Shown: positions 17,607-27,441 of the stretch, in pieces
How positions within the stretch are numbered: position 1 is the first letter of the stretch
How the letters are laid out: the number at the start of each line of letters is the position of its first letter
DNA from: an uncultured Candidatus Bathyarchaeia archaeon
GTDB taxonomy: Archaea; Thermoproteota; Bathyarchaeia; Bathyarchaeales; DTEX01
NCBI GenBank assembly: GCA_964508155.1
Contig: CAZDRE010000002.1
Location: 92,695-156,694, forward strand
Reading direction: 5' to 3'
Length of the DNA: 64,000 nucleotides
Position numbers and translations under genes: made by a program
The notes under the pieces: model-generated
What the model was told of the DNA's origin: nothing
The model's database searches: none
The model's input: only the letters and a program-made list of their open reading frames with translations

Positions 17607-18083
17607 ATGATGAAAATGCGAACTTTAATACCCAAAGGGTTCTTCGTAACTGGAGGAAAGGCTATTGGAAAACTTTCAGAGCTTAATGCATTTGATAAAG
17701 CATTAAAAGATGCTGGAATAGCAAATTGTAATCTTGTCGAGGTGAGCTCTATAATCCCGCCGAATTGCAGGGAGGTTCCTCCAAGAGATATTCCCGTTGG
17801 AAGCATAACGTATACTGTCTTATCGAAGGCTTATGGAAGGAATGGAAAAATAAGCGCTGGAATAGCATGGGGCTTCGCTGAGAAGGAAGGCTTCGGGATC
17901 GTGGCTGAAGCATATGGAAGTATGGATGAATCCGCCACGAGGAAGATCCTAGAGGAGAGGATTCAAGAGATGGCAAATGTGAGGGGGATAAGACTTCGAA
18001 ACGTCAAATACAAAATTGAGACTTTGGATGTTCCAAGAGGAAGATATGGATGCGTGGTCGTCGCGCTTGTATATCTTTTTTAA
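17607..18083 (+). CDS. pdaD: pyruvoyl-dependent arginine decarboxylase
   Basis: 158 aa. FFVTGGKA, self-processing serine context LVEVSSIIPP, and a family-typical length. Confidence 0.9.
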   Translation: MMKMRTLIPKGFFVTGGKAIGKLSELNAFDKALKDAGIANCNLVEVSSIIPPNCREVPPRDIPVGSITYTVLSKAYGRNGKISAGIAWGFAEKEGFGIVAEAYGSMDESATRKILEERIQEMANVRGIRLRNVKYKIETLDVPRGRYGCVVVALVYLF

Positions 18084-18086
18084 GCG

Positions 18087-18584
18087 TTAAGCCATCAGCC
18101 CTCGAACTTTCCTTCCGGCACTTGTTAGTCCCCTGAATACTCGTCCTCTGCCTTTGCCGAGGCGAAGATTAGGCAGTAATGTTCTATCAACGAGTATTAC
18201 CTCAAACCATTTTGATCGGCCGTCCTCCCAGACCCAATATGAATTGAGAACCTCAAGGTTTGGATATTTCCTTGCGGCTCTTTCTTCAGCGATAAGTCTG
18301 AGGCTCTTGGCGGGCTTATATTTCTTCACGCCCATTCTTTTCTGTCTACGTCCCGCTCTTGGGCGCTGCTTACTTAACCCTCCCCTCCTAACCCTAACCC
18401 GGACTACAACGTATCCGGGCTTATCTTTATATCCAAGTCTTCTAGCCCTATCAATTCTAGTTGGCTTATCAATCCTAACTATCGCTGGCTGTTTCCGCCA
18501 TTCAATCACCCTTTTTTGCATTAACTCTTTAATGTAAGATGCATCAGGCCTCTTCCAAGCCTCAGCCAGATACTTATATGCCAT
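18087..18584 (-). CDS. rpl15e: 50S ribosomal protein L15e
   Basis: [13 protein letters not shown]...[13 protein letters not shown]...[15 protein letters not shown] place the start at the second Met (18584) rather than the track start at 18605. Confidence 0.95.
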   Translation of the reverse strand: MAYKYLAEAWKRPDASYIKELMQKRVIEWRKQPAIVRIDKPTRIDRARRLGYKDKPGYVVVRVRVRRGGLSKQRPRAGRRQKRMGVKKYKPAKSLRLIAEERAARKYPNLEVLNSYWVWEDGRSKWFEVILVDRTLLPNLRLGKGRGRVFRGLTSAGRKVRGLMA

Positions 18585-18715
18585 GATCCTTTCGCCTCGA
18601 AGCACTCCAATTTAAATGATCATCAAATTTATATCTTCCGTTTTGAGAGACGAGAAAGACATTTAGGCATAAAAATATTATTTTGTCCTAATCAATTGGT
18701 GTTAGGGGAATTGAC

Positions 18716-19456
18716 ATGAACAGAGATAAGGTTCACGTTACGGTTTGGAATGAATTCATTCATGAAAGAGAAGATGAGAGGGTAGCAGCGATATATCCTA
18801 AGGGAATTCATGGAGCTATAGCTGAATACTTAAGTCAGAAGCCTGATATTGAAGTGAGAACGGCAACTCTAAACGAGCCTCAACATGGCTTAACAGATGA
18901 AGTTCTCAAAAATACTGATGTGCTGATTTGGTGGGGACATGCCGCGCATGATAAGGTGAGCGATGAAGTAGTAGAGAGGGTATATAATAGGATTATGTGC
19001 GATGGAATGGGCCTTATAGTGCTACATTCGGCGCATTACTCTAAGATTTTCAGGAAACTGATGGGAACGAGTTGTAGCCTCAGATGGAGGGAGGATGGAG
19101 AGAAGGAGCGCCTATGGGTAGTCTCGCCTGGGCATCCGATAGCGGAGGGGATTGGAGATTACTTTGAGATCGAAAAGACCGAAATGTACGGCGAATTCTT
19201 CGATATACCAAATCCGGACGAGCTGGTTTTCATAAGCTGGTTTAAGGGAGGAGAAGTCTTCAGAAGCGGATGCTGCTTTTATCGTGGACGTGGGAAGATC
19301 TTCTATTTCAGACCGGGACATGAGACTTATCCAGTCTATCACAACGAAAAGGTCTTATTGGTGATCGAGAATGCTGTTAGATGGGCGGCTCCTATTAAAA
19401 GGCCTAAAACACTTACGATTCCACGTGCAGTGCACGTAGAACCGCTTGAACCATAG
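18716..19456 (+). CDS. ThuA domain protein (trehalose-utilisation-like)
   Basis: 246 aa. [72 protein letters not shown]. Confidence 0.8.
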   Translation: MNRDKVHVTVWNEFIHEREDERVAAIYPKGIHGAIAEYLSQKPDIEVRTATLNEPQHGLTDEVLKNTDVLIWWGHAAHDKVSDEVVERVYNRIMCDGMGLIVLHSAHYSKIFRKLMGTSCSLRWREDGEKERLWVVSPGHPIAEGIGDYFEIEKTEMYGEFFDIPNPDELVFISWFKGGEVFRSGCCFYRGRGKIFYFRPGHETYPVYHNEKVLLVIENAVRWAAPIKRPKTLTIPRAVHVEPLEP

Positions 19457-19827
19457 AACAATTTACGATTCTTCATTCTTCATTCAGTTGTCTTTTAATC
19501 GTCAATGCCACGGCTGTAACGTAGCATATACTGTCAGAATGACATAATACACCCAAGAAGCATTCTCCATCGCGTCTCAACTGGCAGTGAAGGTTTAATC
19601 TTTAAGCCTTTATGTGTAGTATCTAGGGATCGGATCGAGGGTAGACAGATCGCAAATGTGCTGACGCCCTTATGTCTCTGCATTTTTACCAGCTCGATTA
19701 TATATTTTCTATAGTTGATATCACATGAAGTTCCTCTCTCTCAGTCTATAAGGTTCATCTTCGTGAAGTCTCATTTTAATATCGTCTATTGTGACTATAG
19801 TATCCTTGTAGGGAAAGATGTAACTTC

Positions 19828-20097
19828 TTACCCCACGCAGCCTCTGTCAACACTTATAAAGAACTTGCTCGTCCGGAGCTGACCTTCACCTAATTGTCTT
19901 CTATTCATCAACACTACAGATACTGGCTTTGTTGGGCAGATCTTAAAGGGTGTTCCGTTAGATAAATCTACAAGGATCTTCTCATACCTTCCAATCTTGG
20001 CTTTCTTAACAAGCCTCTTATCTGGTAGAGTACATACTTTAACATCTGTGGCGTCAGTAATACCAATGATTCCTATTGTTCCATGATCCATAATCAT
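19828..20097 (-). CDS. hypothetical protein, possibly frameshifted (see findings)
   Basis: 89 aa ORF. A coding-looking continuation in another frame runs to a TGA at 19721-19723. Confidence 0.35.
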   Translation of the reverse strand: MIMDHGTIGIIGITDATDVKVCTLPDKRLVKKAKIGRYEKILVDLSNGTPFKICPTKPVSVVLMNRRQLGEGQLRTSKFFISVDRGCVG

Positions 20098-20449
20098 ATT
20101 TTGAGGATCTCCTATCTTCCACTATCCTCATGAAACTCATTAACAAATATCTTGACGGTATTATATACCCTTAGTAAATGCAGATATTTCCGTGCTGAGC
20201 TGAAATGCTAAGTTTGCGGATAACGAGAATATGAGCCTTATCAAAATAATTGTAAAAAACGCGTTATATCTAATCTTTCACAAGATTATTTTCCCCTAAA
20301 GTGGATCCTCAATACTTAACTTAAGATATGTAGAAGATGATATATCCTCTTTGGTGAATTGCGAATTAAAGATCAATGGGGTTAGATACTTATTTTGGAA
20401 TATCTATTTTTGAGTAGGAGGCAACATTCTAAAGCATCAAGAGATAGGG
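20098..20449. other. candidate replication origin region upstream of orc1/cdc6
   Basis: 352-nt non-coding stretch directly upstream of cdc6 with an AT-rich core (about 20220-20300). It is flanked by a 9-bp inverted repeat, ttgaggatc (20101-20109) / gatcctcaa (20304-20312). It has TTCCAC (20117) and ATGAAACTC (20130), loosely ORB-like. No clean ORB dyads were seen. Confidence 0.3.
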
Positions 20450-21634
20450 ATGATCCAGTTGCCGATTAGACCGATATTTAAGGATAGAAATAAGCTCTCG
20501 CCGCACTACATCCCAAAGAAACTTCCATATAGAGAGGAGCAGCTCCGAATGCTTCACTCAATATATGGCGCCATGGTAAGAAACATCGAAAGCGCCTATC
20601 CAAGGTTCATACAAATAATAGGTCCAACTGGATCCGGAAAGACATGCACGGCTATAAGGTTCGGTGAGCAGATAATGGAGTATGCCGAGAAGGAAGATGT
20701 TAAGTTAAGGCATATTTATGTGAATTGTAAGGTTGACGGCACGACACGATATGTTCTCTTCAGAAATCTCATTAGAAAGTTGACTCCTAAAATCTCGACA
20801 AGAAGCCTAAGCCCCGAAGAGATGATTCAGCAATTGATCGAGTATCTAAGATTGGAGAACATGTTTTTACTTATTACGTTTGATGAAATAGATTATTTCG
20901 TTCAAATCAACCCGAAAGAGCACGTAATATATGATTTGACTCGAGTAACGGAGATGAGTCCTGGGGAGCCGTCACCGATTATTGGCGAAATATTCATAGC
21001 GAGATCTCTGAGGTGGCGTGAACGATTAGATCCAAGAGAGAGATCAACGCTTGGCCTTGGCATAATCGAATTTCCAAGATATACGGGACAGCAAATTAAG
21101 GATATACTCTCAAGTCGTATCGAGGAGGCATTCTACCCTGAAGCTGTAAGCGAGGAGGCTCTTGATCTAATAAGTGAGATCACGGCTAATCCTCCAGTGA
21201 ACGGCGACATACGCGTTGGATTGGATCTTCTATACTATGCTGGAAACCTAGCTGAGAGTAGAGGATCAGATAGGATCCTGCCAGATCACGTTAGAAAAGT
21301 TTATAGTGAGATCGGTCCATCGATAACCACCGAGGATATTATAAGCCTAAATATGGATGAGCGTCTAATACTACTAGCGCTTGTTCGTAGCCTAAAATTG
21401 AGCGGCTCAGCATACGTTGGGCTTCGTGATATATATAGGAGCTATAAGGTTGTATGTGAGGAGTTCGATGTTAAACCTACCGAAAAATTTGAGGAATATA
21501 TGCAGGATCTGATATATCGTGGTCTAGTCGATATGAAGTCTCTCACGGAGATTGGAATATCAGGGGCATCCGTCATCGACCTTGAAGATTTTCTGAATAG
21601 CCTTGCTGAGAGATTAAGGAAGGGGACGAAGTGA
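20450..21634 (+). CDS. cdc6: ORC1-type DNA replication protein (Orc1/Cdc6)
   Basis: 394 aa. Walker A GPTGSGKT, Walker B LITFDEID, sensor regions and a C-terminal winged helix. N-terminal LSPHYIPKKLPYREEQL is typical. Confidence 0.95.
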   Translation: MIQLPIRPIFKDRNKLSPHYIPKKLPYREEQLRMLHSIYGAMVRNIESAYPRFIQIIGPTGSGKTCTAIRFGEQIMEYAEKEDVKLRHIYVNCKVDGTTRYVLFRNLIRKLTPKISTRSLSPEEMIQQLIEYLRLENMFLLITFDEIDYFVQINPKEHVIYDLTRVTEMSPGEPSPIIGEIFIARSLRWRERLDPRERSTLGLGIIEFPRYTGQQIKDILSSRIEEAFYPEAVSEEALDLISEITANPPVNGDIRVGLDLLYYAGNLAESRGSDRILPDHVRKVYSEIGPSITTEDIISLNMDERLILLALVRSLKLSGSAYVGLRDIYRSYKVVCEEFDVKPTEKFEEYMQDLIYRGLVDMKSLTEIGISGASVIDLEDFLNSLAERLRKGTK

Positions 21635-21921
21635 GGGGTAAAAAGAGAAGCCTCTGGAAGGATCTTGAAGATGGATTTGGAGGAGGAAGCAGATTCAGAA
21701 TACTACTACATTTAGCCCTCCATCCAGAAGAAGCACATACAAAATATGCATTGGTTAAGGCTACAGGCGTGAGAACGCCATCAGTAGAAGAACAGCTAAA
21801 AACTCTTGTTAATCTAGGATGGGTTAAGGAATATCCATTCACTCCAAAAACATATCAGATAAATAGAGAGCACAAAATAGTAAGAGCATTCCTGGAATTT
21901 TTAGAAAAAATTAGATGGTAA
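21631..21921 (+). CDS. small winged-helix DNA-binding protein
   Basis: 96 aa. The GTG start overlaps the cdc6 TGA (GTGA). SRFRILLHLAL..HTKYALVKATGVRTPSVEEQLKTLVNLGWVKEY is wHTH-like. No internal Met. Confidence 0.6.
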   Translation: MRGKKRSLWKDLEDGFGGGSRFRILLHLALHPEEAHTKYALVKATGVRTPSVEEQLKTLVNLGWVKEYPFTPKTYQINREHKIVRAFLEFLEKIRW

Positions 21922-22003
21922 ACTGAGAGTGGATCCCCCCTCCCCCAAAATTCACAGACTCCTTAAATAGTCATCTTCGTCCCCCGAAGAATAGGGATAA
22001 TAA

Positions 22004-22201
22004 ATGAGAAGGTTTCCATCGAAGGAACAGCGTGTATACGGAGAGGCAACCGCTGTTGAGAGATGCATGAATCCCTGGAATAAACGATGCTCAAGCACTG
22101 ATATAGCCTTATACATAATATTTAATGGAAAGAGATTACCGATATGCTGGAAGTGCTGGAAGGAAATATCATCCAAAAATATCGAGTGGAAATATGATTA
22201 G
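22004..22201 (+). CDS. small Cys/Trp-rich protein, hypothetical
   Basis: 65 aa. CMNPWNKRC ... CWKCW could form a 4-Cys zinc site. Competes with antisense ORF 21952-22176, so the call is uncertain. Confidence 0.3.
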   Translation: MRRFPSKEQRVYGEATAVERCMNPWNKRCSSTDIALYIIFNGKRLPICWKCWKEISSKNIEWKYD

Positions 22202-22317
22202 TGCATGGTTTAGTTTGCATTAAGTATGTAAAATAAAAGGTTCACTTTCCATCAGCAATATTATGCTAAGAAATTTCACCATTACAGTAGTGGTTGCGTA
22301 TGGTCGCTTAATTGGTA

Positions 22318-23388
22318 TCAGTTCGCCTTTACGATGTTGAAGCCAGAGGCTTTCCTAAGCCTATTCATGACGGCTAATCCTAAACTCTTCATTGGAACTC
22401 CCTCAGCAATTATTACATCAACCTTTTCTTCATCGAATTCCCTCAGTAGTTTAAATAGATTCCTTGCCATAGAGGATGGATCTTCACGGCTTCCAATAGA
22501 CTTTACAACGTAAGCCCCATGATAACGATGTTGCGTCTCATCTGTAGCCAAGATGCCGACTCGCCTGCCCTTTTCCCTGTAAAGCCCAATCAACTCATGG
22601 ATCTTATTGATCATCGCATTTAATTCTCCCTCGACAAGGATTAGCTGAGCCTCTGGAGAGTAATGTTTGTGCCTCATGCCTGGCGAGGGCGCATATTTCA
22701 GATCTACTCCCCTATCGGCTATAGCTGATGGATGAAGCTTGACATCACCCAATATACGTTTTAATTCTTCATATGTTAGGCCTCCAGGCCTCAAGATTTG
22801 AGGGGGCTCTGAGGTTAGGTCTATAACCGTTGATTCCACGCCTATTCTCGTTGGACCTGCATCAAGGATCATCTCGATCTTTCCATCTAGATCCTGTTTT
22901 ACATGCTCAGCTGTTGTAGGGCTAGGCCGACCAGCTAGATTTGCGCTGGGAGCGGCTATTGGGACTCTCGACTCTCTGATGAGAGCCAATGCAACTTTAT
23001 GATTTGGCATTCTTATCGCCACTGTGTCGAGTCCCCCTCTTGTCTCCTTTGGTATTATGTCTGAGGCCTTAAGGACCAAAGTGAGTGGTCCAGGCCATAA
23101 ATCCATCAGTTTATCTGCGTCTTTTGGAATCTTTTCTGCAAGCCAATAGACATCGGCTTTATCCGCTATGTGAACAATTAAAGGGTTGTCTAGTGGCCTC
23201 TTTTTAGCGGCGAATATTCGCCTAACAGCCTTTGAGTCTAGCGCGTTGGCTCCTAAACCGTAAACTGTCTCTGTTGGGAATGCCACTAAGCCGCCTTCCC
23301 TTATGATCTTCGCTGCGGCTTTAATCTTGCTCTTTTCCGGCTTGTCGGCGTTGACTTTTAGGATTATTGTTTTCATTGTTCTTCCCAA
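22318..23388 (-). CDS. sua5: L-threonylcarbamoyladenylate synthase (Sua5/YwlC type)
   Basis: 356 aa. GGLVAFPTETVYGLGANA, IAAPSANLAGRPSPTTA and a C-terminal Sua5 domain. The start may be the Met at 23376. Confidence 0.95.
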   Translation of the reverse strand: MGRTMKTIILKVNADKPEKSKIKAAAKIIREGGLVAFPTETVYGLGANALDSKAVRRIFAAKKRPLDNPLIVHIADKADVYWLAEKIPKDADKLMDLWPGPLTLVLKASDIIPKETRGGLDTVAIRMPNHKVALALIRESRVPIAAPSANLAGRPSPTTAEHVKQDLDGKIEMILDAGPTRIGVESTVIDLTSEPPQILRPGGLTYEELKRILGDVKLHPSAIADRGVDLKYAPSPGMRHKHYSPEAQLILVEGELNAMINKIHELIGLYREKGRRVGILATDETQHRYHGAYVVKSIGSREDPSSMARNLFKLLREFDEEKVDVIIAEGVPMKSLGLAVMNRLRKASGFNIVKAN

Positions 23389-23411
23389 TTCGGCACTAAT
23401 GGAGATACGGC

Positions 23412-23873
23412 TTGATCATAGAAAGGTATTTCTCTTTCTATGTGGATCTCTCATTCATGCATGATATAAAGCGCCTATTTAAGCGCTCAGATTTCCCGTT
23501 TATTCTTAAGTATCAAAGCCTAAGGGACATCCTAATTGATCATGACTTGGCTGCTCTGGGAGATGCCTTTGTAAACTTCATCTATTCGTTGGCTCTATCA
23601 TTTAGGAGTGGAAAGCCGGTGGGCGAAAAATTAGATAATGAGACTCTTGCTTCTGCTCTTAGAGAGGCTGGTTTGAGAAAGGTTTTGCCATCCAGAATGG
23701 ATAAGCATGAGATGGCAAATGCGGCTGAGGCCTTAATAGTCTATGCTTGGCTAGGGGGAGTTATGTCTATAGGGGATATTCTCAAAATCATAGAGAGATC
23801 CGAGGATATTAGGGATTCTTGGAGGATTCTTCTGCAGAGAATAGTCGAAGAGATTAGGCTTCTTTGGACTTAG
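23412..23873 (+). CDS. RNase III-fold / Mini-III-like protein (tentative)
   Basis: 153 aa with a TTG start. DLAALGDAFVNFIYSLAL and MANAAEALIVYAWLGG resemble the two signature helices of the RNase III catalytic domain. Confidence 0.4.
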   Translation: MIIERYFSFYVDLSFMHDIKRLFKRSDFPFILKYQSLRDILIDHDLAALGDAFVNFIYSLALSFRSGKPVGEKLDNETLASALREAGLRKVLPSRMDKHEMANAAEALIVYAWLGGVMSIGDILKIIERSEDIRDSWRILLQRIVEEIRLLWT

Positions 23874-24183
23874 ACTCTCGAGGCTTCTGTTGTTCTTTAC
23901 TCCATATTTTAAGGGCATCATTGAATTCTTGACTTAATTCCTTTCCTTTGCGCCGGATTTTTTCGATGGCCTCGATTAACGCTTCTTCAGGCCTCTTTCC
24001 CTCTTTGGTTCGTATAAAGAATATTGCGTTTGAGATTAGAGGGTGAGGCACATCGTATCCAGCAAACTCGACCATCTTATCCTCTAAAAGGACGGATTCC
24101 AATAGGTTGCAGAAAGTATGTCCTTCGCCTTCTATTTCGATTTTTAATTCATTTGCGGTTCTCCGTAACACTCTAAGTTCCAT
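23854..24183 (-). CDS. rpoL: DNA-directed RNA polymerase subunit L (Rpo11)
   Basis: MELRVLRRTANELKIEIEGEGHTFCNLLESVLLED..VEFAGYDVPHPL. Start placed at the Met at 24183. Confidence 0.9.
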   Translation of the reverse strand: MELRVLRRTANELKIEIEGEGHTFCNLLESVLLEDKMVEFAGYDVPHPLISNAIFFIRTKEGKRPEEALIEAIEKIRRKGKELSQEFNDALKIWSKEQQKPRESKSKEA

Positions 24184-24197
24184 AATCGTTCTCCTCA

Positions 24198-24773
24198 CTA
24201 AATTATTACCTTTCCATAGTCCACGCTTATCTTACGTTTCTCGGTATTTCCGCAGACTGCACATTTAAGGTTTCTCCGCTTAATTAAGTTTCCTCCGCAC
24301 TGGGAACAGAATGCATAGATCACTCCGAGATTCTCATCCTTGATTGAAAGATGAAAGATCTTATTCTTATCGCTTATGACCTTAGCTCGGATTATATCCC
24401 CCAACCTGACGGCATCATATATGTTATTGACATATCGGCGACTTATATCTGATATGTGAATAACGCCAGTAAAGGACCCGGATAATGTCTTTCTTCCGAC
24501 CCTAAATATCCTAACAAGCGCGAATGCATTCTGGACAGTCGTGACATATCCGGTAACTACGCTTCCCACTCTTGGAATACTCACGTTACGCGTTGCCGGA
24601 TAAACAGATATCTTCTTATTGATAAAGTCTATTAATACAAAGCCCATGTTAGATGAATATATGTTCCCATTCTCTACGTAGGTGCCAACATCTGGTATGA
24701 ACTCTTCAATTACACCGAGCTTTTCTCCTGGAATAACGAACTGTCCGCTACTTATATTCCTCATAAACAACAC
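24198..24773 (-). CDS. csl4: exosome complex RNA-binding protein Csl4
   Basis: 191 aa. N-terminal domain FVIPGEKLGVIEEF, central S1 fold, and C-terminal zinc ribbon CSQCG..CAVCG. Sits immediately upstream of rpoL. Confidence 0.85.
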   Translation of the reverse strand: MLFMRNISSGQFVIPGEKLGVIEEFIPDVGTYVENGNIYSSNMGFVLIDFINKKISVYPATRNVSIPRVGSVVTGYVTTVQNAFALVRIFRVGRKTLSGSFTGVIHISDISRRYVNNIYDAVRLGDIIRAKVISDKNKIFHLSIKDENLGVIYAFCSQCGGNLIKRRNLKCAVCGNTEKRKISVDYGKVII

Positions 24774-24821
24774 ATCTGTTATGCTGTATTTTCATCTTAA
24801 GAAGGTCTCGTAGCTTCCATA

Positions 24822-25451
24822 TTAGTCTTGCCCCGATTCCTTCGTCTTCCTTGTTAGTATCCTGTAAAGGTCGACTTTAACCTGATATCTCATTTTCTTA
24901 TGGAATGGATAGATTCTCCCGATGGTTATGGTCATCTCCTTTAACCAGTCAATTTTACCGTTCATTCTTGATATTTCTCTTTTAAGGAAGAGTCGAACAG
25001 ACTCGCTTCGCTTATGCAAGGAATATACAACATCTGAGATCTCTATGGCCTTTCTCAAAAATTTAACATCAAATCCTCTCCTCCATGTTCCGAAAGGCGG
25101 ATTCATTAATACGGTGTCAAACCTTCCAACGAGGCATTCTATATCTCCAAGGACAAGATCGATTCTCACTCCCGCTCTCTTAGCATTGATTACAGCAGTC
25201 TCCAAGGCTGTCTTATCGATTTCCACCCCAACGGCTTGGCTTGCCCCAAGTAGCATGGCTGCTATGCCCAATATTCCAGAACCGCATCCCAAGTCAGCGA
25301 TCCTTTTTCCCTTAATATCACCATGAAGAAAAGCCGTATATACCATTTCAGCTGCGCTTTCAGCGTCGATATTATAGCTCTCCCACTTCAATTTAGGCTC
25401 AGGATTGGGCTCTAATCTAGAGAGTAATATCGCAAGGTGCTTCCTTTTCAT
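24822..25451 (-). CDS. SAM-dependent methyltransferase (METTL5/COG2263-like, NPPFG motif)
   Basis: [16 protein letters not shown] loop and the MNPPFG motif. I place the start at [10 protein letters not shown] (25451) rather than the track start at 25517. Confidence 0.8.
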   Translation of the reverse strand: MKRKHLAILLSRLEPNPEPKLKWESYNIDAESAAEMVYTAFLHGDIKGKRIADLGCGSGILGIAAMLLGASQAVGVEIDKTALETAVINAKRAGVRIDLVLGDIECLVGRFDTVLMNPPFGTWRRGFDVKFLRKAIEISDVVYSLHKRSESVRLFLKREISRMNGKIDWLKEMTITIGRIYPFHKKMRYQVKVDLYRILTRKTKESGQD

Positions 25452-25868
25452 CGTTATTCGCCCTCCAGCACTAAATTTATGCTCAAAAACAGTTAATTGC
25501 CACGCAAGAAGCGTCACATCACTAAAAAGGCTATATGTTTTTGTCTTAATAAAGTGAATTTACGATATCGTAATATCAATATTTTCCCTCTGTATCTTTT
25601 CTACATAACATGCGGCCGTATCATCCTATAGACTGGTATCTTTTTGATGAGCCGAGTCTTCTAGGTCTAAGTTCATGCCATAAAGGGAGATTTCGAAGAA
25701 TCTAAATCGGCCGGGAATAGTCTAGCGAATATATCTGGGCATATCAGTTATGGGATTTGATCGGGTTCCCTGCCTAGAATAGCAACCATAGCTATTTCCT
25801 TGATATTCTTCTCCATCTACGATTCATGGATGTTCTTACATGAATATTTTTTCTGCTGATATAAGAGT

Positions 25869-26804
25869 CTATTTTATCAGCCGTAAAGATTCTTCAAGAG
25901 TAGATCTGACTTTCTCTCTAACGTCCCTCTCTATGTGAACTCGAGGTTTAAGCGTTTCCAAGCTCCTCTTAATATTTAAGAGATTAATCTTCTTCATGTC
26001 TATACATATCGCTCTTGGATTCACTGGCATTACCTCCATGTCTGGATGGAGTTTCCTGGCCCTGTATGCAAGGCCCTCTTCTGTTCCCAAAAGGAACTTT
26101 TTCCCTCCAAGCCTTTCAATGGCCGCTAACATCTGACTTGTGCTCCCAACATAATCCGCGACTTCTTGATTTTCAGGAAGCACTTCTGGATGAACAAGAA
26201 GTTTAGCCGTCGGATTCTCATCCTTCACCTTCTCGATATGATAACGTGAGATCAAATATTCATGGACATAGCAGTGTCCATTTCTTGGAACCGCTATGAT
26301 ATTCTTGCCAGTCTTCTTAGCCACATATAGGGCTAAATTCTTGTCTGGGCCGAAGAGAATAGTATCTGCGTCAAGCTTAGATATCAGCTTAACTGCGGAG
26401 GCACTTGTCACTATATAATCAGCATGAAACTTCGTTTCTACATATGAATTTATATATGCCACAAGTGGGGAGCCGGGATACTTATCCTTAAATCTCTTTA
26501 TTATCTGGGGATTCATAAAGTCTGCAAGCGGACAGCCGGCTTCCTTAACTGGATGTAATACTATCTTATTCTCATTTAATATTGCCGCTACTTCAGCCAT
26601 AAATGAGACTCCGGCAAAAACTATTACCTCAGCATCTGTCTTTAGGGCGCTTCTAGCGAGTTCGAGGCTATCCCCAACATAATCTGCAACATCTTGAACC
26701 TCAGGAGACTCATAATTATGCGCCAATATAACGGCCTTACGTTTTTCACATAAACTTCTAATCTCCATCATGAGTTTCTCTACGTAACCTTTATGTTTCG
26801 GCAT
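25869..26804 (-). CDS. nadA: quinolinate synthase
   Basis: 311 aa. AVILAHNYESPEVQDVADYVGDSLELA, FAGVSFMAE, HPEV..EVADYVGSTSQM. Confidence 0.95.
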   Translation of the reverse strand: MPKHKGYVEKLMMEIRSLCEKRKAVILAHNYESPEVQDVADYVGDSLELARSALKTDAEVIVFAGVSFMAEVAAILNENKIVLHPVKEAGCPLADFMNPQIIKRFKDKYPGSPLVAYINSYVETKFHADYIVTSASAVKLISKLDADTILFGPDKNLALYVAKKTGKNIIAVPRNGHCYVHEYLISRYHIEKVKDENPTAKLLVHPEVLPENQEVADYVGSTSQMLAAIERLGGKKFLLGTEEGLAYRARKLHPDMEVMPVNPRAICIDMKKINLLNIKRSLETLKPRVHIERDVREKVRSTLEESLRLIK

Positions 26805-26951
26805 CTCAAACCACTTTAAGCTCTAAATTCACCATTACAATAACCTTTCGGATATAATCTTTTAGGTATCGACTATTTCATATGCAGTAAATCCTGACAC
26901 ATCGGTCTTCCAAAAAGACATGTGAAATAAAAAATTGGGAGGGTTTCGCGT

Positions 26952-27371
26952 TTATTCTATAGTCTCTATCTCCAATTCGGCCTCTACTGGTATGGGATTC
27001 TTGAATATTGCCACTACTGGACAATTAGCCTCCGTCCTTCTCCAAACCGCCCTTAGAAGGGCCTCCCTAGCCTTCCCTGAAACCTTAACCTTCAACTTTA
27101 CACTTTTCAGCGTCGGCGAGTCCTCAGCCTTCTCCGCCTCAGCTATCACTTCAAGATTTGCAAGCTCAATATTGCTCTTTTTAGCTACATCGGCAAATAT
27201 TGTGGCCGCACAGTCCGCCAAGCTCATGATCGCGAGCTCCAATGCCGTTGGTCCAGTATCCTGACCGCCGGATGCCTCTGGCAAATCGCAGACCACAGAA
27301 TGCGTTCTTGAATTATCCACTATGGTCCTGACGTTCTCTAACAATTTGCATTTGGCAGTGATCTTTGCCAT
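26952..27371 (-). CDS. OsmC family peroxiredoxin-like protein
   Basis: 139 aa. GPTALELAIMSLADCAATIF and EANCPVVAIFKNPIPV are the two conserved Cys contexts of OsmC/Ohr. Confidence 0.85.
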   Translation of the reverse strand: MAKITAKCKLLENVRTIVDNSRTHSVVCDLPEASGGQDTGPTALELAIMSLADCAATIFADVAKKSNIELANLEVIAEAEKAEDSPTLKSVKLKVKVSGKAREALLRAVWRRTEANCPVVAIFKNPIPVEAELEIETIE

Positions 27372-27441
27372 TATTCATCATCCCCTGTATTAAAAGATAA
27401 GGAAGAAAAATATTCCTATTAAGTCTTTTCCATGCGAAATC

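Noticed and set aside
21952-22176. 74-aa minus-strand ORF overlapping the Cys/Trp-rich plus-strand ORF 22004-22201.
   Set aside because: The two exclude each other. I kept the plus-strand one at low confidence because of its 4-Cys pattern, and neither can be confirmed without homology data.
25452-25868. A 417-nt gap upstream of the methylase and downstream of nadA. I looked for a C/D-box sRNA (TGATGA at 25645-25650), for a tRNA (T-loop-like gggaacccgatcaaatccc on the minus strand near 25760-25780) and for small genes.
   Set aside because: No CUGA D box sits at appropriate spacing, and no acceptor or anticodon stems can be drawn around the T-loop-like string. Only short broken frames are present (for example MRPYHPIDWYLFDEPSLLGLSSCHKGRFRRI). 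It may be decayed coding sequence, but I cannot support a call.
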